In this document: in pieces, positions 39,093-48,588 of the stretch
How positions within the stretch are numbered: the stretch's first letter is position 1
How the letters are laid out: each line of letters opens with the position of its first letter
From: an uncultured Desulfobacterales bacterium
GTDB lineage: Bacteria; Desulfobacterota; Desulfobacteria; Desulfobacterales; CAJINA01
NCBI GenBank assembly: GCA_964636125.1
Contig: CAZWPX010000016.1
Span: 987 to 64,986, forward strand
DNA length: 64,000 nucleotides
Direction of reading: 5' to 3'
The notes under the pieces: model-generated
Database searches by the model: none
What the model was told of the DNA's origin: nothing
The model's input: only the letters and a program-made list of their open reading frames with translations
Position numbers and translations under genes: made by a program

Positions 39093-39140
39093 ACACAACA
39101 GGGGGTAGGTGTTTGGTGTGTAAAATACTATATGTGGTGT
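39093..39140. promoter_or_regulatory. Tandem NrdR-box-like sites upstream of smc
   Basis: ATACTATATGTGGTGT (39125-39140) and degenerate ACACAACAGGGGGTAG (39093-39108), 32 bp apart. Confidence 0.55.
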
Positions 39141-39319
39141 AATTAAGGAATCCGAACAAAATCGGGAACATGGTGCCGGCGTCAGCCAGGCCAGGGTGTG
39201 TCAGGGGGTTTTACCAAGGTGTAACGGCGCCGGTCGATTCGATGCAGTCTTCTCAGGGAGATAAAATTGTCACACCAGGGCCAGCTCCGAGATAATTGGC
39301 TATGCCCTGCAGGCTGAGG

Positions 39320-39430
39320 CAAGTGCCTTAAGTGAACTAAAGTTTAAAGTGATCAAAGTTAAGGCATTCTACTGATTGTATAAAACCAGCGGAGCGGAGC
39401 GACTCCAGAACTTTGGATCACTTCAAACTT
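39320..39430. repeat. 9-mer periodic repeat family, copy 2 (full inverted form)
   Basis: caagtgccttaagtgaactaaagtttaaagtgatcaaagtt ... gcggagcggagcgactcc ... aactttggatcacttcaaactt. Confidence 0.75.
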
Positions 39431-39489
39431 ATCAGTTTACTCGGTCAGGCGGCAGGCCAGATTTGATCCCGCTGGATCCACGGTAAACA

Positions 39490-40221
39490 TTACAGGATCT
39501 GGCTGAGGAAAAGCTTGGTACGATCATGGTCCGGGTCTTCAAAGAAATGTTCCGGCGTGCCGACCTCCACGATTTTGCCCTCATCCATGAAGATGACCCG
39601 ATCCGCCACTTCCCGGGCAAAACCCATTTCGTGGGTGACGCAGACCATGGTCATGCCCTCCTTGGCCAGGGTTTTCATAACGTCCAGGACTTCACCGATC
39701 ATTTCCGGATCCAGGGCGGATGTCGGTTCATCAAACAGCATGATCTTGGGTTCCATGGCCAGGGCGCGGGCGATGGCCACACGCTGCTGTTGACCGCCTG
39801 AAAGCTGATCCGGGTAGACATTAATCTTGTCCACAATGCCAACCTTCTTCAGAAGTACCATCGCTTTGTCGCGGGCCTCCTTTTTGGGCCGTTTGCGGAC
39901 TACGGTCTGGGCCAGGGTGACGTTTTCAAGGACAGTCTTATGCGGGAACAGGTTAAAGGATTGGAAGACCATGCCCACTTCGGCGCGAACTTTGTTGATA
40001 TTCGTTTTCCGGTCCAGGATATCGATATCATCAATAATGATGTGTCCGCTGGTGGCTGTCTCCAGATGATTAAGGCACCTGAGCAGGGTGCTCTTTCCGG
40101 AACCGGAAGGTCCGATCACCACCACCACTTCGCCGGCCTCTATTTTTGTGGTCACATCCACAAGGGCTTTGACCTCATGGGGCACCAGAAAGGTTTTATA
40201 GACATTTTTAACATCGATCAC
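39490..40221 (-). CDS. Polar amino acid ABC transporter ATP-binding protein (GlnQ-like)
   Basis: [46 protein letters not shown]. Confidence 0.95.
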   Translation of the reverse strand: MIDVKNVYKTFLVPHEVKALVDVTTKIEAGEVVVVIGPSGSGKSTLLRCLNHLETATSGHIIIDDIDILDRKTNINKVRAEVGMVFQSFNLFPHKTVLENVTLAQTVVRKRPKKEARDKAMVLLKKVGIVDKINVYPDQLSGGQQQRVAIARALAMEPKIMLFDEPTSALDPEMIGEVLDVMKTLAKEGMTMVCVTHEMGFAREVADRVIFMDEGKIVEVGTPEHFFEDPDHDRTKLFLSQIL

Positions 40222-41231
40222 GAGGTTTCATACCTCCTTTCCAGATGTTGGACAAACATTGAAAGCGTGAAGGTCAAAACGAGATACATGATGGCACAGA
40301 CAAACCAGAATTCATACGGCTGCAGGCTGACCGTGATTGCTTCACGGGTAGCCTTGGTCAGTTCCCGGATTGCGATCATGCCCAACAGGGAGGAGTCCTT
40401 GACCAGGCTGATGAACTGGCCGGCCAGAGGCGGCAGGATGCGCCGCATGGCCTGGGGCAAAATGATGTGGAACATCGACTGGGCACCGGTCATGCCCAGT
40501 GAGCGGGACGCTTCCGACTGGCCCTTGTGAATGGACTGGATTCCGGCCCGGACAATTTCGGTGACATAGGCGCCGGTAAAACAGGCCAGGGACGCCACCC
40601 CGTAATAGATCGCCGGAATTTCATGTAAGCTGTAGCGTATAAGGATATTGTTGACCAGAGTGGCAAATACAAAATACCAGATAAATATCTGAACCAGCAA
40701 CGGGGAGCCGCGGATGATTTCTACATAGGTGATGGCCGCCCATTTCAGGGCGGGATTGGAAGAAATTCGGGCAATGCCCCCCAACAGCCCGATCAGAATG
40801 CCGAAAACGATGGAATACAGACTAACCTTAAGGGTGATCCACATGCCCTGCACCATGATCCCGGGGCGCCATTCCTTGTAAAGCCCCAGGGTATCGCCTG
40901 GTGAAATCATGTCGCCTTCATAAACCATGACCTCCACCTTTTCGTGCTCAATGGTGTATGTTTCGACGCCGTCTTCACCTTTCACCTTGATAACCGTACG
41001 GGTGCTGCCTTGGGAGATGGATTCCACATCGCCTTCGATATCGGCTTTTATTTCGACGCTTTCATGATGGGCAAAGTAACGGGGGATGTTGTACCAGCGC
41101 CAGACATAATCAATTTCAATCGCAGCCACATATAGAAAGGCAAGTATTGAGAATATTCCCAGAAAAAAAACACTTAACCAGAACGCGGTGTTCGCCTTGC
41201 TGCGAGGTTTCTGCAGGCTTGAAGATTCCAT
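40218..41231 (-). CDS. Polar amino acid ABC transporter permease with extra periplasmic domain
   Basis: [40 protein letters not shown]. Confidence 0.93.
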   Translation of the reverse strand: MESSSLQKPRSKANTAFWLSVFFLGIFSILAFLYVAAIEIDYVWRWYNIPRYFAHHESVEIKADIEGDVESISQGSTRTVIKVKGEDGVETYTIEHEKVEVMVYEGDMISPGDTLGLYKEWRPGIMVQGMWITLKVSLYSIVFGILIGLLGGIARISSNPALKWAAITYVEIIRGSPLLVQIFIWYFVFATLVNNILIRYSLHEIPAIYYGVASLACFTGAYVTEIVRAGIQSIHKGQSEASRSLGMTGAQSMFHIILPQAMRRILPPLAGQFISLVKDSSLLGMIAIRELTKATREAITVSLQPYEFWFVCAIMYLVLTFTLSMFVQHLERRYETS

Positions 41232-41322
41232 ATCAGTTCCTGTGTGCAAAACAGGCCGGCAACTCCGGGATGCCCGGGCTGCCGGCCTGAAATAAGAGCC
41301 TGGTGTTGCTCAAGTCGGGGGA

Positions 41323-42150
41323 CTATTCGATATCTTTGATCCAGGCAGTGCTTTTGATCCACTTGTCGTAAATTTTGGCATAGCGGCCATCGTTTTTAAC
41401 CTGGCGCAGGAAGTTGTTGAGCCAGTTCATGAAATCGGGATCGCCCTTGCGGATTGCCCAGGCAAGCGGTTCGAACGTAAAAGGTTCGTCCAGGAAGATC
41501 AGTTTGCCGGCGCCCTGCTGGGCCATGAAGGTGGCGCAAAAGGGGAGGTCGTATACAGTCGCATCGGCTTTGCCGTTGAGGACTTCCAGGGCAGCTTCGG
41601 ACTCGGATTCAAAAGATTTGTATTTGGCTTTGGGGATCAGGCGTTTGATAGCCTGTTCGCCGGTGGTGCCAAGTTTAGAGCAGACCGTGTATTTCGGGTT
41701 GTTGAGATCTTTGTAGGATTTTATCTTGCCGGCGTTCCGTTTATTCAGCAGAATTGTCTGGCCTACAATGATATAGGGATCCGCGAAGTTGATCTTGAGA
41801 TTTCTCTCCTGGGTAGCCGTCATACCACTGATAATAATATCAAATTTCTTGGTAATCAGGGCGGGGATGATGCCGTCCCAGGCAGTGTTGACCGGTACAA
41901 ATTTCACGCCCATGGCCTTGGCCATCTCTTTGGCCATGTCAATGTCGAATCCGATAAAGCGGCCTTTTTTGTCCGCCATTTCAAACGGCATGTAGCCGGC
42001 CTCGAAACCAACCCGGAGCTGTCCGCGCTTGGTGATCTGCTCCAGTGTAGATTTTTTAGCAAGATCAATGTCCGACCCGATCGCGGCTGCTGAAAAGCCA
42101 AACAGTATCGCCGTTACTAAAACCAACCCCATTACAAGACCTTTCTTCAT
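41323..42150 (-). CDS. Polar amino acid ABC transporter substrate-binding protein (family 3)
   Basis: Signal peptide; YMPFE, GFDID, WDGIIPAL..KKFD, GMTATQER, GTTGE. Confidence 0.94.
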   Translation of the reverse strand: MKKGLVMGLVLVTAILFGFSAAAIGSDIDLAKKSTLEQITKRGQLRVGFEAGYMPFEMADKKGRFIGFDIDMAKEMAKAMGVKFVPVNTAWDGIIPALITKKFDIIISGMTATQERNLKINFADPYIIVGQTILLNKRNAGKIKSYKDLNNPKYTVCSKLGTTGEQAIKRLIPKAKYKSFESESEAALEVLNGKADATVYDLPFCATFMAQQGAGKLIFLDEPFTFEPLAWAIRKGDPDFMNWLNNFLRQVKNDGRYAKIYDKWIKSTAWIKDIE

Positions 42151-42546
42151 CTTAACCCCTCCTTTTCAAATGTCTCTGTTTGTTGGATGTTTCCCCAGAG
42201 GAAAATCCTGTATTCAGTGGGACCACGTGCCGGCCGGGCAATATCGTGCTAACAGGCCGTATTCACACCGTGCTGACTGATGATCCGGTATATATCAGAT
42301 AGCACCTAAAGTAAAGATTTGTTTAGCGTTTGAAGGGCTGCAGGGTTCATATTGAATACATTATAATGGATCACCCATTTGTAGTTAAAGGCCGTCGATG
42401 TCAAGCAAAAGTTCCCTGTACCGCAGGGCTTTGTCCGGGGAAACGCGGCCAGGCCGTAGTAGAATTGCTATTTCACGGTCCGGCCGCTGTAATCTTGATA
42501 CGGGCGCCTGGTTTCTTAGCAGAACCGGCTACGATCTCTAATCCAC

Positions 42547-42576
42547 TTGACACGTCCTGCGGGGGGCAGGTAATAT
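42547..42576 (+). promoter_or_regulatory. Putative sigma70 promoter of pfp
   Basis: TTGACA-18 bp-TAATAT. Confidence 0.5.
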
Positions 42577-42699
42577 GACAGGTCGTCAGGGCCAAAGCAA
42601 CTGGCCGGGCCTCACAAAACCAATGGGGCGGCGGCATCCGCAGGTGATGACGCCTGCCGTTGTAACCACTTGTAACTTAACGAATAACGGGGAGACTCA

Positions 42700-44796
42700 A
42701 TGTCTGAACGAAATACTGCCGACCTGGATACGCTGCTCGTCAAACCCGAGGTGCAGCAGGCTACCAGCAATATCAACGCGGAGCTGCTGGAAAGAAGGGC
42801 TTTCATACCGCCGGCCTGCGTGGCGTTCTCATCAGCCGGCACCCGGCTTGTGGAGAATCCAGAATATCGTTTTGAAATTGATCAGGAAGCGCGCAAACAG
42901 TTGCCGGGAATCATCCTAAACAAGGTCCAGTCGGTGCAGGCCTGTTCTGTCGGGCCAGACGATTTCTCAGTACAATACCAGCGTAAACGCAAGGTTGGGG
43001 TTGTCTTTTCCGGGGGGCCGGCTCCTGGCGGCCACAACGTCATTGCCGGCCTGTTCGATGCGCTCAAAAAGGCCAACCCCGATTCGATCCTCTACGGGTT
43101 TTTGCTCGGCCCGGACGGGATCATTGAAAATGAGGTAGTTGAGTTGACCCGTGAACGGGTTGATGAATACCGGAATCTCGGTGGTTTCACCATGATTCAA
43201 ACCGGGCGCACCAAGATAGATACCGAGGAGAAGATGGCCCTTTCCAGGGAAACCTGCCTGGCACTCGGGCTGGACGCGCTGGTGGTGGTTGGCGGAGACG
43301 ACTCCAATACGAATGCGGCCTTTCTGGCCCAGGAAATGTTGGCGGAGGGCATCCAGGTGATCGGTGTTCCCAAAACCATTGACGGCGATATCCAGGTGCG
43401 GGACGCTTCCGGGGCCGTGCTGTGCGCCATGTCTTTCGGGTTTCATTCTGCTGCGCGCGGATTTTCACAAAACATCAGTAACCTCTGTACGGATGCCAGT
43501 TCGGACGTAAAATACTGGCATATCTGTAAGGTGATGGGACGTGTGGCCAGCCATCTGGCGCTCGAGGTGGCCTTGCAGACCCATGCCAATATTACCCTGA
43601 TTGGAGAGGACCTGGCCAACTATGTGGATCTAAAACGGATTGCGGAAGCGGAAAAGGCAGGCACGACGGACTATACCGCTTACGGTATGACCCTGCGGCA
43701 CCTGTCCCGCGTGATCTGCGACGGTATCATCCGGCGGGCCGCGATGGGCAAAAATTACGGTGTTCTGGTCATACCCGAAGGGGTTTTGGAATTCATTAAT
43801 GAGATTCAGACCTACATCATCAAACTCAGCACCATCATCGGAAGTTACAACGATACCCACGACATAGACTTTCACAAGACCTTCGTGCCCCTGGACGAGA
43901 AACTTGAGTATCTCCGGCGGCTTAAGCAGCAGGCTGGTGAGAATGGCGGGCTGTCCATCTGGAATGCCCGTGACAACGACCTGTTCAACGACATCCCGGA
44001 TTTTTTCAAGGAGGGATTGCTCACCGAACGGGACAGCCATGGAAATTTCCAGTTCTCACTGGTGCAGACAGATAAAATTCTCATGGAACTGGTCAAGGAC
44101 TACCTGGACATCCTGAAGGAGAAAGGGTTGTACAAGGTGGGCATTGAGTCAGACTATTTTAGGAAAATCATGGCTGCCGGAGACCTGGATCCGGAACAGA
44201 TCGGACCGGTGCTGTTCCAAAATTTCGGCCAGGATCCCTGCCTGCTTGTGAAAAAGAGTATTTTTTCCATCAAGACGCTTAAGCAGACCCTGGTGAGTGC
44301 CGGGGTCATTCCGGACGAGGGCGAGGTCCCGGCGGCAGTCATGAAAATCTATAAAAAATCAACCCCGAGTTTCAAAACCCAGCGCCATTTTTACGGGTAC
44401 GACGGTAGGGGGAGCCACCCCACCCGGTTTGACTGCAACTACACATACAATCTCGGACTTACCGCTTTCAGTCTGATTGCCAACGGCGCAACCGGTCAGA
44501 TGGCGGCCATTAAAAATCTGGAGAAAGAGTTTTCCGAATGGGAGCCGGTGGGGATTCCCATTGCCCCGCTTATGCGGCTTGAAGAGCGCAAAGGGAAATT
44601 GGCCCTGGTACTTGAAAAGAGTGTGGTCGAACTGGATTCAGTCGCTTTTCGGGTGGTGCAAGCCTACCGGGAAAAGTGGCTGGCGGCCCAGCCGGGTCCG
44701 GACAACTACCGGCGGCCCGGTCCTATCCGATTCACGGGCAAGAGTGAAGAAGATCGGCCGTTGACCCTGGTGCTGAATGCCCTGGTAGACGGGTAG
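42700..44796 (+). CDS. pfp: Pyrophosphate-dependent phosphofructokinase (long type)
   Basis: SGGPAPGGHNVI, GGDDSNT (Asp of PPi-type enzymes), PKTIDGD, MGR, IPEG, GYDGR. Confidence 0.9.
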   Translation: MSERNTADLDTLLVKPEVQQATSNINAELLERRAFIPPACVAFSSAGTRLVENPEYRFEIDQEARKQLPGIILNKVQSVQACSVGPDDFSVQYQRKRKVGVVFSGGPAPGGHNVIAGLFDALKKANPDSILYGFLLGPDGIIENEVVELTRERVDEYRNLGGFTMIQTGRTKIDTEEKMALSRETCLALGLDALVVVGGDDSNTNAAFLAQEMLAEGIQVIGVPKTIDGDIQVRDASGAVLCAMSFGFHSAARGFSQNISNLCTDASSDVKYWHICKVMGRVASHLALEVALQTHANITLIGEDLANYVDLKRIAEAEKAGTTDYTAYGMTLRHLSRVICDGIIRRAAMGKNYGVLVIPEGVLEFINEIQTYIIKLSTIIGSYNDTHDIDFHKTFVPLDEKLEYLRRLKQQAGENGGLSIWNARDNDLFNDIPDFFKEGLLTERDSHGNFQFSLVQTDKILMELVKDYLDILKEKGLYKVGIESDYFRKIMAAGDLDPEQIGPVLFQNFGQDPCLLVKKSIFSIKTLKQTLVSAGVIPDEGEVPAAVMKIYKKSTPSFKTQRHFYGYDGRGSHPTRFDCNYTYNLGLTAFSLIANGATGQMAAIKNLEKEFSEWEPVGIPIAPLMRLEERKGKLALVLEKSVVELDSVAFRVVQAYREKWLAAQPGPDNYRRPGPIRFTGKSEEDRPLTLVLNALVDG

Positions 44797-44866
44797 CTGT
44801 TTTTCCTGATTTTTCTTTTACGCGCAATCTTGGCTCAACTTGCAGGTTTCATCAAAAGTTGAAATC

Positions 44867-46018
44867 CTAATTTGTTCTGCCTGACGCTCCTGACCGGGTT
44901 TCCGGCTGGTAACTGCACAGCGGCTCTTCCGACATGAATTCCCCGGTGGCTTCAAAGGCCCGTGCCCGGCAGCCGCCGCAAACGCGTTTGTACTCGCAAC
45001 CGCCGCATTTGCCGGTCAGTTGTTTAAAATCCCGTAGCCGCGTAAAGACCTTGGAAGATTTCCAGATGGTATCAAAGGGTGTCTGGGTTACGTCCCCGCT
45101 GTTTACATGCAAAAACCCGCAGGGCTGCACGATGCCGGTATGGGAAATGAAGCAGAAACCGGTTCCGCCCAGGCAGCCCCGGGTCACTGCGTCTAATCCG
45201 TGGGTATTGAACGTGACGGTTCGGCCTTCTTCCGCGCTTCGCTGTCTTAAAATACGATAATAATGGGGGGCGCAGGTGGCCTTAAGCTGCAGGGGGCTTT
45301 TGTCCCGCTGGTCGTAAAACCAGTTCAGGGTCTCTTCGTACTCCCGGGCATCGATTTCCTGGTCCGCAATGTATTTACCGCGCCCGGTGGGGACCAGCAG
45401 GAAGATGTGATGGGCCACAGCACCCAGCTCGATGGCCAGTTCATGAATCCGGGGGATCTGGTCGAGGTTGGCTTTGGTGATGGTCGTGTTAATTTGAAAT
45501 TCTATTCCGGCGGCACGGGCATTTTCAATACCCTGCATGGCGGCGGCGTAGGCCCCGTCGACCGCCCGGAAGCGATCATGAAAATCGGGGGTTGCACCGT
45601 CGATGCTGATGCTGATGCGTCGGATGCCGGCCGTGGCCATCCTGGCGGCGTTTTCAGGTGTTACCAGAGTTCCATTGGGCGCCATGACCATGCGCAGGCC
45701 CTTATCGGTTCCGTATTGCGCGATTTCAAAGATATCCGGCCGCAGCAGGGGTTCACCCCCGGTCAGGATGACGATGGGCTCACCCGTGCGGGCAATTTGA
45801 TCTAAAAGCCTTAAACAGGCGGCCGTATCCAGTTCACCTTCATAGGGGCCGTTGGTGGCCGCGGCCCGGCAATGAATGCAGTTGAGGTTGCAGTTACGGG
45901 TAATCTCCCAGGCCACCAGGCGTAAGGTGGCTCCTTTTGGCTTCCCGTCCGGGTGTCCACCCGGATGCCCGCCCGGATGTCCGTTAGAGTTGGCTGATGG
46001 GTGTGAATGCGGGGGCAT
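44867..46018 (-). CDS. ahbD: Haem b synthase AhbD (radical SAM/SPASM)
   Basis: AWEITRNCNLNCIHCRA, TGGEP, LVPTGRG, KATCAPHYYRI, SPASM cysteines; neighbours hemB and ahbC. Confidence 0.9.
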   Translation of the reverse strand: MPPHSHPSANSNGHPGGHPGGHPDGKPKGATLRLVAWEITRNCNLNCIHCRAAATNGPYEGELDTAACLRLLDQIARTGEPIVILTGGEPLLRPDIFEIAQYGTDKGLRMVMAPNGTLVTPENAARMATAGIRRISISIDGATPDFHDRFRAVDGAYAAAMQGIENARAAGIEFQINTTITKANLDQIPRIHELAIELGAVAHHIFLLVPTGRGKYIADQEIDAREYEETLNWFYDQRDKSPLQLKATCAPHYYRILRQRSAEEGRTVTFNTHGLDAVTRGCLGGTGFCFISHTGIVQPCGFLHVNSGDVTQTPFDTIWKSSKVFTRLRDFKQLTGKCGGCEYKRVCGGCRARAFEATGEFMSEEPLCSYQPETRSGASGRTN

Positions 46019-46097
46019 GTGGCTCCTCTATCTCGTAAATTTATCAGGTTTGCGCAGAACTAATTTGATTGTACGGCGGCATTACAGAGACTCTGCG

Positions 46098-46237
46098 ATC
46101 GAACATCCAACATCGAAGATGCAACGCTGAACATTGAACTGCAATACGCTTGCGGCGACTGATTTTATCAAATTTTAATAACGTGGAGCGTTACCATATT
46201 CGAAGTTGAATGTTCGATGTTCAAAGTTGGATGTTCA
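46098..46237. repeat. Inverted heptamer-array element (ATCGAAC)n ... (GTTCGAT)n
   Basis: atcgaacatccaacatcgaagatgcaacgctgaacattgaa ... ttcgaagttgaatgttcgatgttcaaagttggatgttca. Confidence 0.78.
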
Positions 46238-46245
46238 GTTTTTTT

Positions 46246-47220
46246 CTAATTGTTCAGGGCCCTGGCGGCTTCAATGGCAAAATAGGTTAGAATCATGTCT
46301 GCCCCGGCCCGCTTGATGGCGGTCAGGGTTTCCAGCATAACTTTTTGGCCGTCGATCCAGCCCATTTTCTCCGCGGCTTTAATCATTGCGAACTCACCGC
46401 TGACGTTGTAAGCGGCCACGGGCAGATCAATCTCTTCCCTGATCCGGAAAATAATATCCAGGTAGGGCAGGGCCGGTTTCACCATAATGATATCGGCGCC
46501 TTCTTCAACGTCCATGGATGCCTCGCGGATGGCCTCTATGGCATTGGCCGGGTCCATCTGGTAGGTCCGGCGGTCCCCGAACTGCGGGGCAGAGTGCGCC
46601 GCCTGTCGGAATGGGCCGTAGTAGGCCGAGCAGTACTTGGCACTGTACGCCATGATGGGAATGTGGGCCCAATCATTTTCATCCAGGCTGTTGCGGATTT
46701 CCGCCACCCGGCCATCCATCATGTCCGAAGGCGCCACCATGTCCGCACCGGCAGCGGCATGGCTGACCGCGACGCGGGCCAGCAGGTCCAGGGATGCGTC
46801 ATTGTCTATGATCTGGCCTTCGACAACACCGCAGTGGCCGTGGTCAGTATACTGGCAAAGGCAGACATCGGTAATGACCGCCAGGCCGGGAACCTTGTCT
46901 TTGACCGCCTTGACCGCCTGCTGTACAATGCCGCTTTTGGCATACGCGGCGGTGCCCAGGGCGTTTTTCTGATCCGGTATGCCAAACAGCATAACCGCCG
47001 GTACCCCCAGATCCCTGGCCTGAGCGGCCACCTTCACCAGGTTTTCCAGAGAGAGTTGGTAATGACCCGGCATCGATTTGATGGGGTTTTTAACATTCTT
47101 GCCGGCAATGGCAAACAGGGGCAGGATAAAGTCAGCGCTGGTCAGTGTGGTTTCCCTGACCATCCGGCGGAAGTTTTCATTACTGCGCATTCTCCTGGGG
47201 CGATAATCCGGAAAGATCAT
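46246..47220 (-). CDS. hemB: Porphobilinogen synthase (Zn-type)
   Basis: [40 protein letters not shown]. Confidence 0.97.
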   Translation of the reverse strand: MIFPDYRPRRMRSNENFRRMVRETTLTSADFILPLFAIAGKNVKNPIKSMPGHYQLSLENLVKVAAQARDLGVPAVMLFGIPDQKNALGTAAYAKSGIVQQAVKAVKDKVPGLAVITDVCLCQYTDHGHCGVVEGQIIDNDASLDLLARVAVSHAAAGADMVAPSDMMDGRVAEIRNSLDENDWAHIPIMAYSAKYCSAYYGPFRQAAHSAPQFGDRRTYQMDPANAIEAIREASMDVEEGADIIMVKPALPYLDIIFRIREEIDLPVAAYNVSGEFAMIKAAEKMGWIDGQKVMLETLTAIKRAGADMILTYFAIEAARALNN

Positions 47221-47330
47221 GTTTGTTTCCTTTCACCTACATTGGGCGACCGTAATAATTTGTTTTTTAGGATCAATCCTGTCCCGTGTTGTGGAGGGCA
47301 GGGGTATTTGGCACTGCCAACAAACTGACC

Positions 47331-47367
47331 CAGGTGCCTGGAGTGAACTAAAGATCACTTTCAACTT
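47331..47367 (+). repeat. 9-mer periodic repeat family, copy 3 (collapsed)
   Basis: caggtgcctggagtgaactaaagatcactttcaactt joins the left and right ends seen in copy 2. Confidence 0.65.
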
Positions 47368-47368
47368 G

Positions 47369-48556
47369 CTACAGCGTTTCCGAAATCTCCTCATCCGAGA
47401 GGTAGCAGGCCGGGTCCGGGGCCCAGAGATCCCCGCTGACCGCTTCGGCCCTGACTCTGAAGTTACCGCCGCAGATGTCCAGCCAGCGGCAGGTGGCGCA
47501 GCGCCCCTTTACGTAGGCTTTTTTATTTTTCAACCGGGTCAGCAGTTCATCGGAGGTGTCTGTCCAGATTTCAGAAAAGGGCCGGTCTTTAATGTTGCCA
47601 AAGCTGGTGTGCCGCCAGAACTGGTCTGCGTAGACCTCTCCGTCCCAACTGACACAGCCGATGCCCCGGCCGGAGCTATTGCCCTCGTTCATCTCCAGCA
47701 ATTCCAGAACTTCTTTGGCCCTTTCCGGGTTCTCTTTCTGCATCCGCAGGTAGAGATAGGGGCCGTCGGCATGATTGTCCACTGTGAGGACTTCCTTGGG
47801 CTTGCCACGGTCATGCAGGTCTTTGGTCCGGTCGATGATCAGGTCCACGACCTCGCGGGTCTGGGCGTGGCTCAGGTCATCTTTGACCAGCTTGGATCCC
47901 CGGCCTGCATAGACCAGGTGATAAAAGCAGACCCGGGGGATTTCCATCTCTTCCAGCAGATCGAATACGCCCGGTATGTCGTGGTAGTTGAAGCGGTTCA
48001 CGGTGAAGCGCAGGCCGACCTTGATACCGGCTTTTTGCGTATTGCGGATACCCTGCAAGGCGGCCTGAAAAGACCCTTTCACAGCCCGGAAACGGTCGTG
48101 GATGGTTTCGAGGCCGTCCAGGCTGATGCCCACGTAGGAAAGACCGATATCTTTCAGGATGCGGGCCATCTCTTCTGTAATCAGCGTGCCGTTCGTGGAA
48201 ATAACCGCCCGCATCCCCTGGCCGACTGCGTATTCCGCCAGTTCCGGCAGATCCGGGTGCATGGTGGGTTCGCCGCCGGAGAAAAGGATAACCGGTGAGC
48301 CGAAGGCGGCCAGGTCATCAATCAGCCCTTTGCCCTGGACCGTGGTCAATTCACCTTCAAATGAACGGTCTTTGGCATGGGCGTAACAATGGACACATTT
48401 CAGGTTGCAGCGCTGGGTCATATTCCAGACAACCACCGGCTTTTTATCCTCCGAGAACTGGAGCAGGTGGGAGGGCAGGGATCCCGAGTGCCGGCCGTAA
48501 CGCAGGGCATCGGACGGTTCGACTGTACCGCAATAAAGTTTTGAAATACCAATCAT
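47369..48556 (-). CDS. ahbC: Fe-coproporphyrin III synthase AhbC (NirJ1-like radical SAM)
   Basis: MIGISKLYCG..DALRYGR, VVWNMTQRCNLKCVHCYA, YHLVYAGRG, LTVDNHADG, DPACYL. Confidence 0.92.
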   Translation of the reverse strand: MIGISKLYCGTVEPSDALRYGRHSGSLPSHLLQFSEDKKPVVVWNMTQRCNLKCVHCYAHAKDRSFEGELTTVQGKGLIDDLAAFGSPVILFSGGEPTMHPDLPELAEYAVGQGMRAVISTNGTLITEEMARILKDIGLSYVGISLDGLETIHDRFRAVKGSFQAALQGIRNTQKAGIKVGLRFTVNRFNYHDIPGVFDLLEEMEIPRVCFYHLVYAGRGSKLVKDDLSHAQTREVVDLIIDRTKDLHDRGKPKEVLTVDNHADGPYLYLRMQKENPERAKEVLELLEMNEGNSSGRGIGCVSWDGEVYADQFWRHTSFGNIKDRPFSEIWTDTSDELLTRLKNKKAYVKGRCATCRWLDICGGNFRVRAEAVSGDLWAPDPACYLSDEEISETL

Positions 48557-48588
48557 TTAGATAAATAGACCTTTCTTGTATCCTATCG

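Noticed and set aside
39171..39245. tggtgccggc... resembling the reverse complement of a tRNA 3' end or att site
   Set aside because: No T-loop or cloverleaf can be built and it does not match either tRNA in the window
46098..46237. Periodic repeats considered as a possible CRISPR array
   Set aside because: Units are 7 nt, degenerate and contiguous, with no 25-40 nt repeat-spacer structure and no cas genes
46345..48298. Long + strand ORFs (327 aa and 359 aa) opposite hemB and ahbC
   Set aside because: Antisense shadows of well-conserved genes, expected from GC-rich codon bias; no recognisable motifs
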